NCBI GenBank assembly: GCA_964460475.1
Contig: CAYWPP010000001.1
Span: forward strand, 62,616-126,615
DNA: 64,000 nucleotides
Direction: 5' to 3'
From: an uncultured Candidatus Peribacteria bacterium
GTDB taxonomy: Bacteria > Patescibacteriota > Gracilibacteria > Peribacterales > Peribacteraceae
Of this stretch, positions 26,165 to 35,500 are shown piece by piece. Position 1 is the stretch's first letter, and each line of letters begins with the position of its first letter. A program made the translations under genes and the position numbers. The notes under the pieces are model-generated. The model searched no databases, had not been told where the DNA came from, and worked only from the letters and a program-made list of their open reading frames with translations.

Positions 26165-28053
26165 GCGATTCCCTCCACCTGATTCGGATTTCCGTCGACG
26201 ATATTGATGGGAGGTTTCTCCTTGTCGTTTGCGTCCTGCAGGCCGTCATCAAGTTGCTCGTTGGGATACCCCGGCCCATTGGGATTTTCCGCATCAAAGT
26301 CGCCGGCAATTGCGGTGGCGTCGGGGGCTTCGACATCCTGTTGCAACCCATCGTCGAGTTGGTCATTCGGATAGCCGGGGCCGTTTGGATTCATTGCATC
26401 GAAATCACTCGCAACGTCGTAAGGGGAAGGAGACTCTTGATCGGGTTTTGTCTCGCCTTCGGGTTGATTTTCGGGGCTCTCTTCTCCCGTTTTGCCCGCG
26501 TCCGTCACCGTCTTCGGTCGCTCGGGAACGACAGACGGCGGGGTTTCTTGCGTCGACGGCGTGTTGGGCATCGCATCGATTCTCGCAATCAGATAGCGCG
26601 CCTGATCCTTGAGCTCGCCGACGTATCGTGCGCGGTCCGCATCAGGCTTCCCGGCAAGTTCCGTATCGACGGTCCCGATGAAGTTCTCCAGCTGGCCTTT
26701 CATACGCGCCGCGGCTTTGCTATCGAGCATCGCAAGCATGTCGGGGTTTTCTCCATGTGCCTCCACGAGTGATTCAACGCCCTGCCACTCCCTGTCCGTC
26801 GCTTCCGACAAACGGGTCAGTTGCTCCGGCGCCTGTTCCTGCGGCTGCTCCGATTGCGCGGTCGTCTCCGGCGGTGTCTCCGTCTTCTCAGTGCCTGCAA
26901 TGCGCGCAAGTCGATCAAAGAATCTTTGACGTGCGTCCGCCTCCGGACCTTCTGCAATCCATGCATTCGGGGAAAGGTCTTGTAGGGTCACGGTGCCGCT
27001 TTTCACATCGGCAGTGACGCCGCCAAGTTCATTCAGAGCCTGCTCCATGTCTTTCGTCATCACATCCGCCCGAAGCGTGAGGACGAGATCGTCTCCGTCT
27101 CCGCCGAGTTCGATGTTCTGCACGAACCTCATGTCGGCGTCGGGGGCTCCCTCCAGCGCCTTCTCCCAATCACGGGTAACCAGTCCTTCTCTGCGCTGCT
27201 GCTCTTTCTCAAGCCCCTCCTGCCGCTCTTCGAGTCTGGTGAGCTTCCTACTGATGTCGGCGCGCTCCCTTGAAATGTCTTCGATTTGGCTGCGGTGATC
27301 CTTTGTGGAATCTTCTCCCGCTTCCCTCTCTATCGCATCAATCTGGTCACCGAGGTCGCGGTACTTCTGCTCCAACTCATCGTGTCGGGCAGGAATTTCC
27401 TGTGCTTCCAGTTTGGCGTTCTGCACGCGCGTGAAGTCGTCTCTTCCTGCTTCGGGAGACCGTTCCCTTCCCTCCAAAATATCGGCGATGGCATCCTCGC
27501 TCCCTTTGGGAGCGTTTTTCTCCTTTTCTTTTTCATCTTTCTTCTCAGATGCAGAGGAAAGCTCCTTCAACATCTCTGCAAGTGCTTTTACGAATTCAGT
27601 GAGCGCAAGTTTCAGCCCGCGATCGAGATTGGATTCGTTTGCGGCTTCTTCCGCTTTTTCCACCTGCTTCTCTCCATCCTCAGGCTTCTTCGTATCGGGG
27701 CGCTCCTGCGCTGAGGCGGTTGCCGCCTCCCCTTTCTCCGCATTGAGAATCGCCTGATCTTCCGCGGAAAGCTCCACGCCGTATGCGGCGTACATATCCT
27801 GGACCATTTCCGCGCCTTTCTTCGCATTCTGCAGATCCTCCTGCGCATGCTCCTGCATTCCTTCAACGATATCCGCCACCTCTTCGAGACTGGCTGCTTC
27901 CGGCACGGTTTCCTTTTCGGGCGTCGCCGGCTGATCCGGCATGGCTTCGGGGCCGGGAGCCGCACTCGTTTCCGGACCGCCTGAGTTGAAGATGAGACGC
28001 TTCTCTTTTTCCGCGAAGCATTCCGGCCGGAACTGATGGGTGAGATTCTCCAT
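26161..28053 (-). CDS. Hypothetical hyper-acidic protein (about 630 aa): coiled-coil centre and C-terminal tandem NPNGPGYPN repeats
   Basis: Long ORF with no signal peptide or TM segment. E/D/Q-rich. Two near-identical 23-24 aa units, DFDA(M/E)NPNGPGYPN(D/E)QLDDGLQ. ATG 28053 follows the upstream gene's stop by 4 nt; the ORF track extends to 28083. Confidence 0.7.
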   Translation of the reverse strand: MENLTHQFRPECFAEKEKRLIFNSGGPETSAAPGPEAMPDQPATPEKETVPEAASLEEVADIVEGMQEHAQEDLQNAKKGAEMVQDMYAAYGVELSAEDQAILNAEKGEAATASAQERPDTKKPEDGEKQVEKAEEAANESNLDRGLKLALTEFVKALAEMLKELSSASEKKDEKEKEKNAPKGSEDAIADILEGRERSPEAGRDDFTRVQNAKLEAQEIPARHDELEQKYRDLGDQIDAIEREAGEDSTKDHRSQIEDISRERADISRKLTRLEERQEGLEKEQQRREGLVTRDWEKALEGAPDADMRFVQNIELGGDGDDLVLTLRADVMTKDMEQALNELGGVTADVKSGTVTLQDLSPNAWIAEGPEADARQRFFDRLARIAGTEKTETPPETTAQSEQPQEQAPEQLTRLSEATDREWQGVESLVEAHGENPDMLAMLDSKAAARMKGQLENFIGTVDTELAGKPDADRARYVGELKDQARYLIARIDAMPNTPSTQETPPSVVPERPKTVTDAGKTGEESPENQPEGETKPDQESPSPYDVASDFDAMNPNGPGYPNDQLDDGLQQDVEAPDATAIAGDFDAENPNGPGYPNEQLDDGLQDANDKEKPPINIVDGNPNQVEGIA

Positions 28054-28057
28054 GGAA

Positions 28058-28399
28058 TTAGGAGGAAAGAATTTGAGTTTCAAGTTGCTTCATCAGTGCA
28101 TTCTCCTGGTTTCTCACCGTTCGCTCGGCGACGATGCGCATCGTGGTTTTGTACTCCATGACGCGACGGTTGAGATTGAGGATGAAGTCCGAGTAGCGGT
28201 TCTGATACTGCGCGAAAGCCGCGTTGTACCGCTTTAACCTTGCAGCCTTCTGCTCGCTCGTTTCGTTCTTGTACCGCTCCCGCAGCGTCGTAAGGTTCTT
28301 CGTCAGAAGTTCGGGCTCAATATCGCGCATGATTGCGTCATAGAGTTCACGCGCTGTTGGAATAGCGGGAGCTGCCGGTACCGGATCTTGGAGTGACAT
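28058..28399 (-). CDS. Hypothetical protein (113 aa), helical
   Basis: ATG ORF directly downstream of a near-consensus promoter. First gene of a two-gene operon. Confidence 0.65.
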   Translation of the reverse strand: MSLQDPVPAAPAIPTARELYDAIMRDIEPELLTKNLTTLRERYKNETSEQKAARLKRYNAAFAQYQNRYSDFILNLNRRVMEYKTTMRIVAERTVRNQENALMKQLETQILSS

Positions 28400-28428
28400 A
28401 CGGTGTGTATTTTTTATATTTCTTGATT

Positions 28429-28457
28429 ATTATACATTATTTCCCAGAAAATTACAA
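28429..28457 (-). promoter_or_regulatory. Near-consensus sigma70-type promoter
   Basis: On the minus strand, TTGTAA-17 nt-TATAAT in an AT-rich 80-bp gap, 29 nt upstream of ATG 28399. Confidence 0.6.
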
Positions 28458-28479
28458 CTTCCTCCCTTTTCCGGAAAGA

Positions 28480-31400
28480 CTACTTCTTCTCTTTCTTTGG
28501 CTTGCGCAAGGCATCAACGTGCTCGGTGAGCACCTGTATCCACTCTCTCTTTCCCGCTTCTTTCTCCAGTTCTTCAAACCAGATGCGGAGCGTCGATCCG
28601 CTGATGCGCCACTGCGGACAGAGGCGGACGAGCTGCATGATCTCCTTCGCAGTCACGCGTGGCGCGAGAGTGAGAACGATCTCCTTGCGCTTCGTCTGCT
28701 CCTCGGCCTTCACCCGCGTCACGCCGGCGCGGCGACATGCCATTTTTAACGTGAGGATGCGGAACAGATTCTCCACCTGACGGGGAAGTTCTCCGTATTC
28801 CTCGTGAAGATCTTTGCGAAACTCCTCGAGAATCTCCTCGTTCTCGCTTCCCGCAAGTTTCTGGTAGACGGTAATTTTCTCTTCCTCTTCGGGAATGAAG
28901 AAAGAGGGGAGGAACGCCTCCACGGGCAGGAGAATTTCCACGTTGATTTCCTCTTCAATCTCGCCCGTTCCGCCGGATTGAAGATTGTCGACGGCCTGTT
29001 TCAGCAGGCGAAGGTAGTGGCTGACGCCGACGGTCTGCATGCTTCCCGACTGACTCGCTCCGAGGATTTCCCCGGCGCCGCGGATTTCCAAGTCTCGCAT
29101 GGAAATCTGGAAGCCCGAGCCGAGCTCGCTTGCTTCCACGATCGCCTGCAGGCGCTTCTTGGCATCATCCTTTAGGCGTTGAGAGTGATACAGGAAGTAC
29201 GCATGTGCCTGAATTTTCCCGCGACCGACCCGTCCACGCAGCTGGTAGAGCTGGGCAAGACCGAACCTCTCGGCCTCGTTGACGATCAGGGTGTTAGCTC
29301 TCGGAAGATCGATGCCGTTCTCGATGATCGTGGAGCTGACGAGCACGTTGTGCTTTCCCTCTTTGAACGCACGGATGCGCTCTTCCAGCACCTCCGGCTT
29401 CAGCTGTCCGTGCGTGACGGCGAAGGACGCAGTGGGAATGAAGGAGCGGAGTTTGGCCGCAAACGCATCGATCGTCTCCACGCGGTTATGCAGCACGTAC
29501 ACCTGCCCGTCGCGCTTCAGTTCGGCTTCAATCGCCTGTCGCATGAGCGAATCGCTGTACTTGCGGACCTCCGTGATGATCGGCAAACGACCCGGGGGCG
29601 GAGTCGTGATCGTCGTAATGTCGCGCAATTTATGGAGACCGAGATTCAGCGTACGCGGAATCGGCGTGGCGGTAAGGGTGAGGATGTCGACGGACGCGCG
29701 GAGCGACTTGAGTTTCTCCTTCTGCTTCACGCCGAAACGCTGTTCTTCGTCGATGATGACGAGTCCGAGATTGAAGAATTCCACGTCGTCCTGCAGCAGC
29801 CGGTGCGTGCCGACCAGAATGTCGATCTCGCCCTTTCGTAACCGCGCGAGCGTTTCCCGTTGTTCCGTGGCAGAGCGAAAGCGCGACATCATGTCGATGC
29901 GGACCTTGAATCCCTCGGTTCTCTTGAGAAGACTCTGGTAGTGCTGGTCGGCGAGAATGGTGATGGGGCTGACGAACGCCACCTGCTTCCCTGCCTGCAC
30001 GGCTTTGAACGCCGCGCGCATCGCGACTTCGGTCTTTCCGAATCCCACGTCGCCGCAGACGAGTCGATCCATCGGATACTCGCTCTCCATATCGCTCTTG
30101 ATGTCCTCGATCGCTTTCAGCTGTCCCGGTGTTTCCTTGTATGGAAACGCTTTCTCGAATTCATACTGTTCCTTTGTATCTTCCGGATACGCGAATCCCT
30201 TTGCCTTGGCGCGCTTCGCGTAGAGATCGAGGAGCTCTTTCGCGACCTTGCGCGTTTCCTCGGAAATCTTCTTTGTCAGACGCTTCCAGTCGGCGGAACC
30301 GAGCCTCGTCAATGACGGTTCCTCACCTTCCTCATAGACGAACTTGCTGAGTTTGTCGGCTTGGTCGACGGGTACGAAGAGTTTGTCGCCTTCCGCGTAG
30401 GAGATATCCAGATACTCGCGTGCAAGGTCATCGACGATTTTCTGGGTCATCCCTTCGAACCGCCCGATGCCGTGCTCCATGTGGACCACGAAATCGCCCT
30501 GCTGGAGGGACGTAACGAACTCCAGCGCCAGCCTCTGGACCGAACGCTGCTTCGCTTCCTTCTTCAGTGTGAAGATCTCTCTGTCCGTGAGCATCGCGCA
30601 TTTGAGATCGGGATTTTGTATGGAGTGGGGGAGCAGGGCATCCTCATCGGCGGATACGATGGTGACGGAGCCCGGCTCGCGCCGCTCGCCGTCGGCAAAC
30701 GCAATGGATTCCTCTTTGAGGATCTTCCGGAGTTCTTCCGCACGCTTCGTTACGACAAGAATCGTCCATTCCTGTCGCAGTTTGTCCCTCACGTCATTCA
30801 AGAAATCCGTGAGGGTATAGAATTTCAGAACGGAAAGGTACCGAAGGTGAACATGATTCTCCTCGGCGCGCGGAAACGCCGTAAAGAGCAGTGTATCGAT
30901 TTCCTCGCTCTCCTTCTCCTCGTCCAACCCGTCCAAAACCAGAAGCGCTCCCTCCGGAAATTGGTCTCGTAGCGGCGCGACGCTCTCCCACGTCAGCGGA
31001 TACATGGTGAGCTTCTTCCCCGCCTCCTCGGTTTTGGAAGGATCATCGGGATTCATACGAAGGATTTTTTCGACCGTTTCGAAGTCGAAACGCAGGCGGT
31101 AGGCGTTCTCTTCCCCAAGAGGGAAGATTTCAAGCGTATCGCCGATTCTGCGGTACTCACCGGGTAGGAGATCTCGATCCTCCGCATGGGAATAGCCCCG
31201 CTCGATGAGAAGCGTGAAGAGCTCATTGAAGTCGACCGCTTCTCCCACCGAAAGGGTGAGTTTTTTCTTGGAAAGCTCGGCAAAGTAGGGAAGATCGGTA
31301 TTCCAGACTTCCTGTGTGAGAATGGCGATGCCGTCACTTTTGAGAAGCCGGAGAATTGAGGAAAGTTGTTCCGTCGTCACCTCGCCGGATTCCTCTGTCG

Positions 31401-31731
31401 CATAGCGGACGCGAAAAGAGGAGTGACCGAAAAAATCCATCCAGTGACGGAGGGAATCCGCATGCGAATCGTTTTCCGTAACGATCACCGCGGGCCTGTC
31501 GTCATGAGAGAGGATGTGACTGACGAGTAGGGCTTTGGCGGTTTCATTCGATGCACCGGAAATAACGAGACCGTGACGGTCCCGCAGGAGAGGAGCAAGC
31601 TCCTCGTGTGTCGATGATCCGAGAAGAAGCGATGATTGCATAGGAGTGCGCCTTCGGCGCCCTTGCGGAAAGAAGGGTTCCGACAGCGTTACGTAGAAAG
31701 ACTTCCGCTGTGATTGTGCATCATTCTTCAT
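28480..31731 (-). CDS. mfd: Transcription-repair coupling factor
   Basis: Walker A GFGKTEVA, DEEQ box IIDEEQRFG, and a TRCF C-terminal domain. Alternative start is ATG 31641. Confidence 0.93.
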   Translation of the reverse strand: MKNDAQSQRKSFYVTLSEPFFPQGRRRRTPMQSSLLLGSSTHEELAPLLRDRHGLVISGASNETAKALLVSHILSHDDRPAVIVTENDSHADSLRHWMDFFGHSSFRVRYATEESGEVTTEQLSSILRLLKSDGIAILTQEVWNTDLPYFAELSKKKLTLSVGEAVDFNELFTLLIERGYSHAEDRDLLPGEYRRIGDTLEIFPLGEENAYRLRFDFETVEKILRMNPDDPSKTEEAGKKLTMYPLTWESVAPLRDQFPEGALLVLDGLDEEKESEEIDTLLFTAFPRAEENHVHLRYLSVLKFYTLTDFLNDVRDKLRQEWTILVVTKRAEELRKILKEESIAFADGERREPGSVTIVSADEDALLPHSIQNPDLKCAMLTDREIFTLKKEAKQRSVQRLALEFVTSLQQGDFVVHMEHGIGRFEGMTQKIVDDLAREYLDISYAEGDKLFVPVDQADKLSKFVYEEGEEPSLTRLGSADWKRLTKKISEETRKVAKELLDLYAKRAKAKGFAYPEDTKEQYEFEKAFPYKETPGQLKAIEDIKSDMESEYPMDRLVCGDVGFGKTEVAMRAAFKAVQAGKQVAFVSPITILADQHYQSLLKRTEGFKVRIDMMSRFRSATEQRETLARLRKGEIDILVGTHRLLQDDVEFFNLGLVIIDEEQRFGVKQKEKLKSLRASVDILTLTATPIPRTLNLGLHKLRDITTITTPPPGRLPIITEVRKYSDSLMRQAIEAELKRDGQVYVLHNRVETIDAFAAKLRSFIPTASFAVTHGQLKPEVLEERIRAFKEGKHNVLVSSTIIENGIDLPRANTLIVNEAERFGLAQLYQLRGRVGRGKIQAHAYFLYHSQRLKDDAKKRLQAIVEASELGSGFQISMRDLEIRGAGEILGASQSGSMQTVGVSHYLRLLKQAVDNLQSGGTGEIEEEINVEILLPVEAFLPSFFIPEEEEKITVYQKLAGSENEEILEEFRKDLHEEYGELPRQVENLFRILTLKMACRRAGVTRVKAEEQTKRKEIVLTLAPRVTAKEIMQLVRLCPQWRISGSTLRIWFEELEKEAGKREWIQVLTEHVDALRKPKKEKK

Positions 31732-32893
31732 TCATGCGCAATGGCATGATGAGGTGCAGAAAGTGATCGTTTCCCGGAATCTTAAATACGGCGGGGTGCA
31801 TTTTGTCGGAGAGTTCAATCTGCAGGGAATCGGTTCCCGCGTGTGCAAGAAGATCAATGACGTAACTCGAGCTTAGGGCGATCTTGTTGTCGTCTCCCTT
31901 CTTCTCCACTCCGATGACGGATTCATCCTTTCCGAGTTGCGTTTCCTGCGTGCTGAGACGGAGATTGTCACCGGCCACGGAGAAGGTGATGTTGTTGTTC
32001 ATCTCCTTTGCGAAGTAGTGCATACGCTTGACCGCCGTGAATATCTCTTTGCCCGAAAGCCCGATTGTCGTCTTCTTCTCCTTGGGTAAAATTTGTTCGT
32101 AGTTAGGGAACTTTCCGTCGATGAGCCTGCTGAGGAATTGCGTCGATCCCGCCTTCACCTCGATTTGCTGGCTGCTCAAGTTGATTTCCAGGGGCGTTTT
32201 CTGGGGTTTCTTGGCGGATTCCCGCTTCTTTGAGTCGGCATCGCTTTCACTCTCGGTATCATCCGTCTTCCCGCTAAGCACCGCCCGAAGTTCCTCCAAC
32301 ACCTTCGCGGGAACGATGCAGGAAATATCCCCCTTCAAGCCCTGAACGGGAAGTTTGTACTCGGAAAGGCGGTAACTGTCCGTGGCAACCAGCACAAGTT
32401 TGTCCTTCTCGGTTCTGATAAACACGCCGGAGAGGACGGGGCGCGATGTCGTCTTCGCGCTTGCGAACGTCACCAGGTTCAGCGCGTCCAGGAGTGGTTT
32501 TGGAGAGAGGGTGAGTGACATCTCTTTCTTGATCGGAGAAATGGTGGGGTATTCGCCGACCGCTTCGCCGGAAATGGTCGCCTTCGCGTGTTTCGATTTA
32601 AGGAGGAGGTGGGTTCCTTCGCTTGTTTCCAGGAGTACTTCATCATCCTGGTTGTACTGAATGAAGTGAAGGATTGCCTTGAGCGGAACGGTGATGCCGC
32701 CTTCATTTTCAATTTTTGCCTCGAAGCTCGTGATGACGGAAAGCTCGAGATTCGTACCGCTCAATGTGCAGCGTTTCCCTTCCACCTGCATGAGCACGTT
32801 GCCCAAGATGGGAAGTGCTTGCTGCTTGCTGATCGCGCGACCGCACAACTGCAATCCCTCCAGCAAATCCTGCGTTTTGCACGAGAATTTCAT
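31721..32893 (-). CDS. dnaN: DNA polymerase III beta sliding clamp
   Basis: The N-terminus MKFSCKTQDLLEGLQLCGRAISKQQALPILGNVLM is typical of DnaN. It carries a charged insertion of about 28 aa. The ORF track extends to 32923. Confidence 0.9.
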   Translation of the reverse strand: MKFSCKTQDLLEGLQLCGRAISKQQALPILGNVLMQVEGKRCTLSGTNLELSVITSFEAKIENEGGITVPLKAILHFIQYNQDDEVLLETSEGTHLLLKSKHAKATISGEAVGEYPTISPIKKEMSLTLSPKPLLDALNLVTFASAKTTSRPVLSGVFIRTEKDKLVLVATDSYRLSEYKLPVQGLKGDISCIVPAKVLEELRAVLSGKTDDTESESDADSKKRESAKKPQKTPLEINLSSQQIEVKAGSTQFLSRLIDGKFPNYEQILPKEKKTTIGLSGKEIFTAVKRMHYFAKEMNNNITFSVAGDNLRLSTQETQLGKDESVIGVEKKGDDNKIALSSSYVIDLLAHAGTDSLQIELSDKMHPAVFKIPGNDHFLHLIMPLRMNEE

Positions 32894-33038
32894 ATGAGCG
32901 TATTGAAGCTGAGCACCGGACATTTATCAAGGAACATGCACATTTCCACTTTCTCTTTTGAGAAAGGATTTTTCATTCTTTGTTATTACTCGTCGTACTC
33001 ATAGGAGTCTTTTTCATGTCGGCATGTTTGTACATCTC

Positions 33039-33292
33039 TGTGGAAATTCTGTGAAAGAGTAGAAATTGTGTTCGTGTTCTTCCGCAAGAATACCTCACCT
33101 ACATCATTAATTGTTCAGAAATGTTGTGTTTGCGGAATGTGGAAAACTTCTGGAAAAGGTTGGAAGGAGAACCTCCCGTTCGCAAATGGAAAAAAACGTT
33201 GGAAACAAGCGGTTTTTCGCCCCTTCTTGTGGAAAACACGAGGGAAAACCATGTGAGCCCTCCTCCATTGTTTCCACAGGGAATGTGGAGAA
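33039..33292. promoter_or_regulatory. Cluster of DnaA-box-like 9-mers (candidate oriC or DnaA-controlled dnaN promoter)
   Basis: TGTGGAAAT at 33039-33047 (+). TGTGGAAAA at 33138-33146 (+) and 33228-33236 (+). TGTGGAAAC at 33270-33278 (-). TGTGGAGAA at 33284-33292 (+). AGTGGAAAT at 32942-32950 (-). An AT-rich stretch at 32941-33000 adjoins the cluster. Confidence 0.45.
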
Positions 33293-33333
33293 GTTCCGGT
33301 CGGATCCCCACCGCTTTCCTCACCACATTCGCC

Positions 33334-34644
33334 TTACAATCCGGCCGCTTTCCGGAAGGTTGATCTTTCCTGAGACTTCGGAACCTCTTTCGTGTTGGGT
33401 CGTACCTCCGCTTCCCCGTTCTTCATGACGACGAAAGAACCGTCGGGGATATCGCCCGTCACGGACACGCCCGAGGCCAACATGCTGCCGGTCCCCACTT
33501 TCGTTCCCGGCGACAGGATCGTGCGGACACCGATTCTGCAGTCTTTTCCGATGATCGTTCCGAACTTCGCCAGACCGGTCGGGACGGTTTCTCCTTTTAC
33601 GGTTGAGCCGATTTCCCCTTCGTCCAAGCGAAGATTCGCGGTGGTGGTACCCGCCCCCAGAGAGACGTTATCGCCAAGGACGGAGTCACCGACATAGCTG
33701 CTGTGCGTCCAGACGTCGTCTCCTAGAACGGAACGCACCACCTCGGTCGCAAAGCCCACCACGCATCGTGCCCCGATCGAACTCTGACGCACGAGGGCAT
33801 TATTCGCGATCACGCTTCCTTCGCCAATCACGCACGGTCCGACGATCGTGGCATGGGGCAGCACCTTCACGTCTTTTGCAAGATACACGGGTCCCTGAAG
33901 CACCGCGGTGGGATGGACGAGTTCGGGCGAGGCGATGGACGGCTTCTCCATCTCCCCGAGAAGACGGAGCGAGAGGGGAAGCAAGTGCCACGGATACTTC
34001 ACGGGATGCCACGCCCCTTCGTACGGGATGATTTCGTAGCGTTGCGCCCCGAAAAGCGATCCGAGGGCACGTTCATAGCCGTCGTCATGTGTCCCGGGCT
34101 TGAGGGCCAGAAGTTCCCGCAGGATGACGGCGGCGTTTCGATGGTAGTGCACGACGATCGTCACGAGGTCGCTCGGCTCTTTTCCTTCCCCGGGCTTCTC
34201 GACGATCGAGCGGATTCTGCCATTCTCATGTTGCACGTAACCACCCGGGAAGTACCGTTCCATTCTCTTCGCGAGGAGCGCGCCATCCGCTTTTCCCTCC
34301 TCCGCCTTTCTCTTCACCTCCAGAAAGGCGGACGTGTCCACAATGTCATTGGAACCGACAACGAGAACACTCTCTTCTCCGAAGGACGGCAACGCGCTTA
34401 CGAGCGCTCCCTGCATCCCGAGATCAAGATCTTCCTGTATGATGAAAGGAAGATCGGGATAGAGCGACGCCATGACGCTTTTGTTATGTGCCCCGCCTAC
34501 GAGCGTGATATCCGTCAGTTCCGCATCGCGCAGACGCTCGAGCTGGTGGTCCAGAATGCGCCGGCCGGCAACGACGTGCAGCGACTTTTCGGCAAGCGGC
34601 CAAAACCGCGTTGATCTGCCGGCGACGAGAAGGAGGACGCGCAT
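33334..34644 (-). CDS. Sugar-phosphate nucleotidyltransferase with a C-terminal left-handed beta-helix (GlmU/GCD1-like)
   Basis: N-terminus LLVAGRSTRFWPL (GxGTR type). The C-terminal half is full of hexapeptide repeats. ATG 34644 lies 9 nt after TATCCT. Confidence 0.8.
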   Translation of the reverse strand: MRVLLLVAGRSTRFWPLAEKSLHVVAGRRILDHQLERLRDAELTDITLVGGAHNKSVMASLYPDLPFIIQEDLDLGMQGALVSALPSFGEESVLVVGSNDIVDTSAFLEVKRKAEEGKADGALLAKRMERYFPGGYVQHENGRIRSIVEKPGEGKEPSDLVTIVVHYHRNAAVILRELLALKPGTHDDGYERALGSLFGAQRYEIIPYEGAWHPVKYPWHLLPLSLRLLGEMEKPSIASPELVHPTAVLQGPVYLAKDVKVLPHATIVGPCVIGEGSVIANNALVRQSSIGARCVVGFATEVVRSVLGDDVWTHSSYVGDSVLGDNVSLGAGTTTANLRLDEGEIGSTVKGETVPTGLAKFGTIIGKDCRIGVRTILSPGTKVGTGSMLASGVSVTGDIPDGSFVVMKNGEAEVRPNTKEVPKSQERSTFRKAAGL

Positions 34645-34662
34645 CAGAGGCACAGGATAGCC

Positions 34663-35481
34663 TCATCGCCAGCGGAATTCCACCGTCCCTTCACGGGTGT
34701 CGTGCAGGACGAGTCCGTGGCGCTGCAAAATTTCCAGCACATCCGGATGAGGATGGCCGAACCTATTGTCCCGCCCCGCGGAAATCACCGCATCGGAAGC
34801 GCGGACCGCTTGAATGAAGGCATCGGATGAAGAGGTGGAACTCCCGTGATGTCCGACCTTCAGAATGTCCGCCTGCACATGTGTGCCCCGCCGTAATAAG
34901 TCCGCTTCCACGCCTGCAGATGCATCTCCCATGAAGAGCGCGACATGCCCGTTCCACTGTACCCGCAGTACCACCGAATAGTCGTTTACATCATCCGTTT
35001 CATATCCTTCGCGCGGTGGCCACAGCACGTCGAGTACGACCCCGTCTCCGGTTTCCAGCCGATCACCACGGGCGGCCCGGAGCACGGGGACATCATGCGT
35101 CTTCAGGAGATCGATCATGTGTCGGGCGCGCCCATTCCGGTCGTACGGGGCCGCGGGCAACAGCACCGTACGCACTTCGTATCGTTTCAGAATCTCCGGA
35201 AAGGATGCGATGTGGTCGAGATCCGGGTGCGACACGATGAGCAGGTCCAACGAACGGTCGAAGAAGGAGAGGTGCGAACCGAGGTGTTCCAGCGTGCGCA
35301 GGTCCGGGCCTCCGTCAATCAGAATCGATGATCCCGCCGGAGTAACGATGAGTGCACTGTCCCCCTGCCCGACGTCGAAGAACGTCAGGGAAACGCTTCC
35401 GTGCGGGAGAAAGGAAGACTCCCTCAGCAGAAGCAGCGCACAGCACGCCAGCGCAACGGCGAAAAAGCGTCGTATCCGCAT
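34663..35481 (-). CDS. ComEC/Rec2-related metallo-beta-lactamase domain protein (stand-alone, N-terminal anchor)
   Basis: FFDVGQGDSALI, SHPDLDH and KVGHHGS motifs. It lacks the ComEC channel domains. Confidence 0.8.
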   Translation of the reverse strand: MRIRRFFAVALACCALLLLRESSFLPHGSVSLTFFDVGQGDSALIVTPAGSSILIDGGPDLRTLEHLGSHLSFFDRSLDLLIVSHPDLDHIASFPEILKRYEVRTVLLPAAPYDRNGRARHMIDLLKTHDVPVLRAARGDRLETGDGVVLDVLWPPREGYETDDVNDYSVVLRVQWNGHVALFMGDASAGVEADLLRRGTHVQADILKVGHHGSSTSSSDAFIQAVRASDAVISAGRDNRFGHPHPDVLEILQRHGLVLHDTREGTVEFRWR

Positions 35482-35500
35482 CGTGCAATCCTACGTTTTC

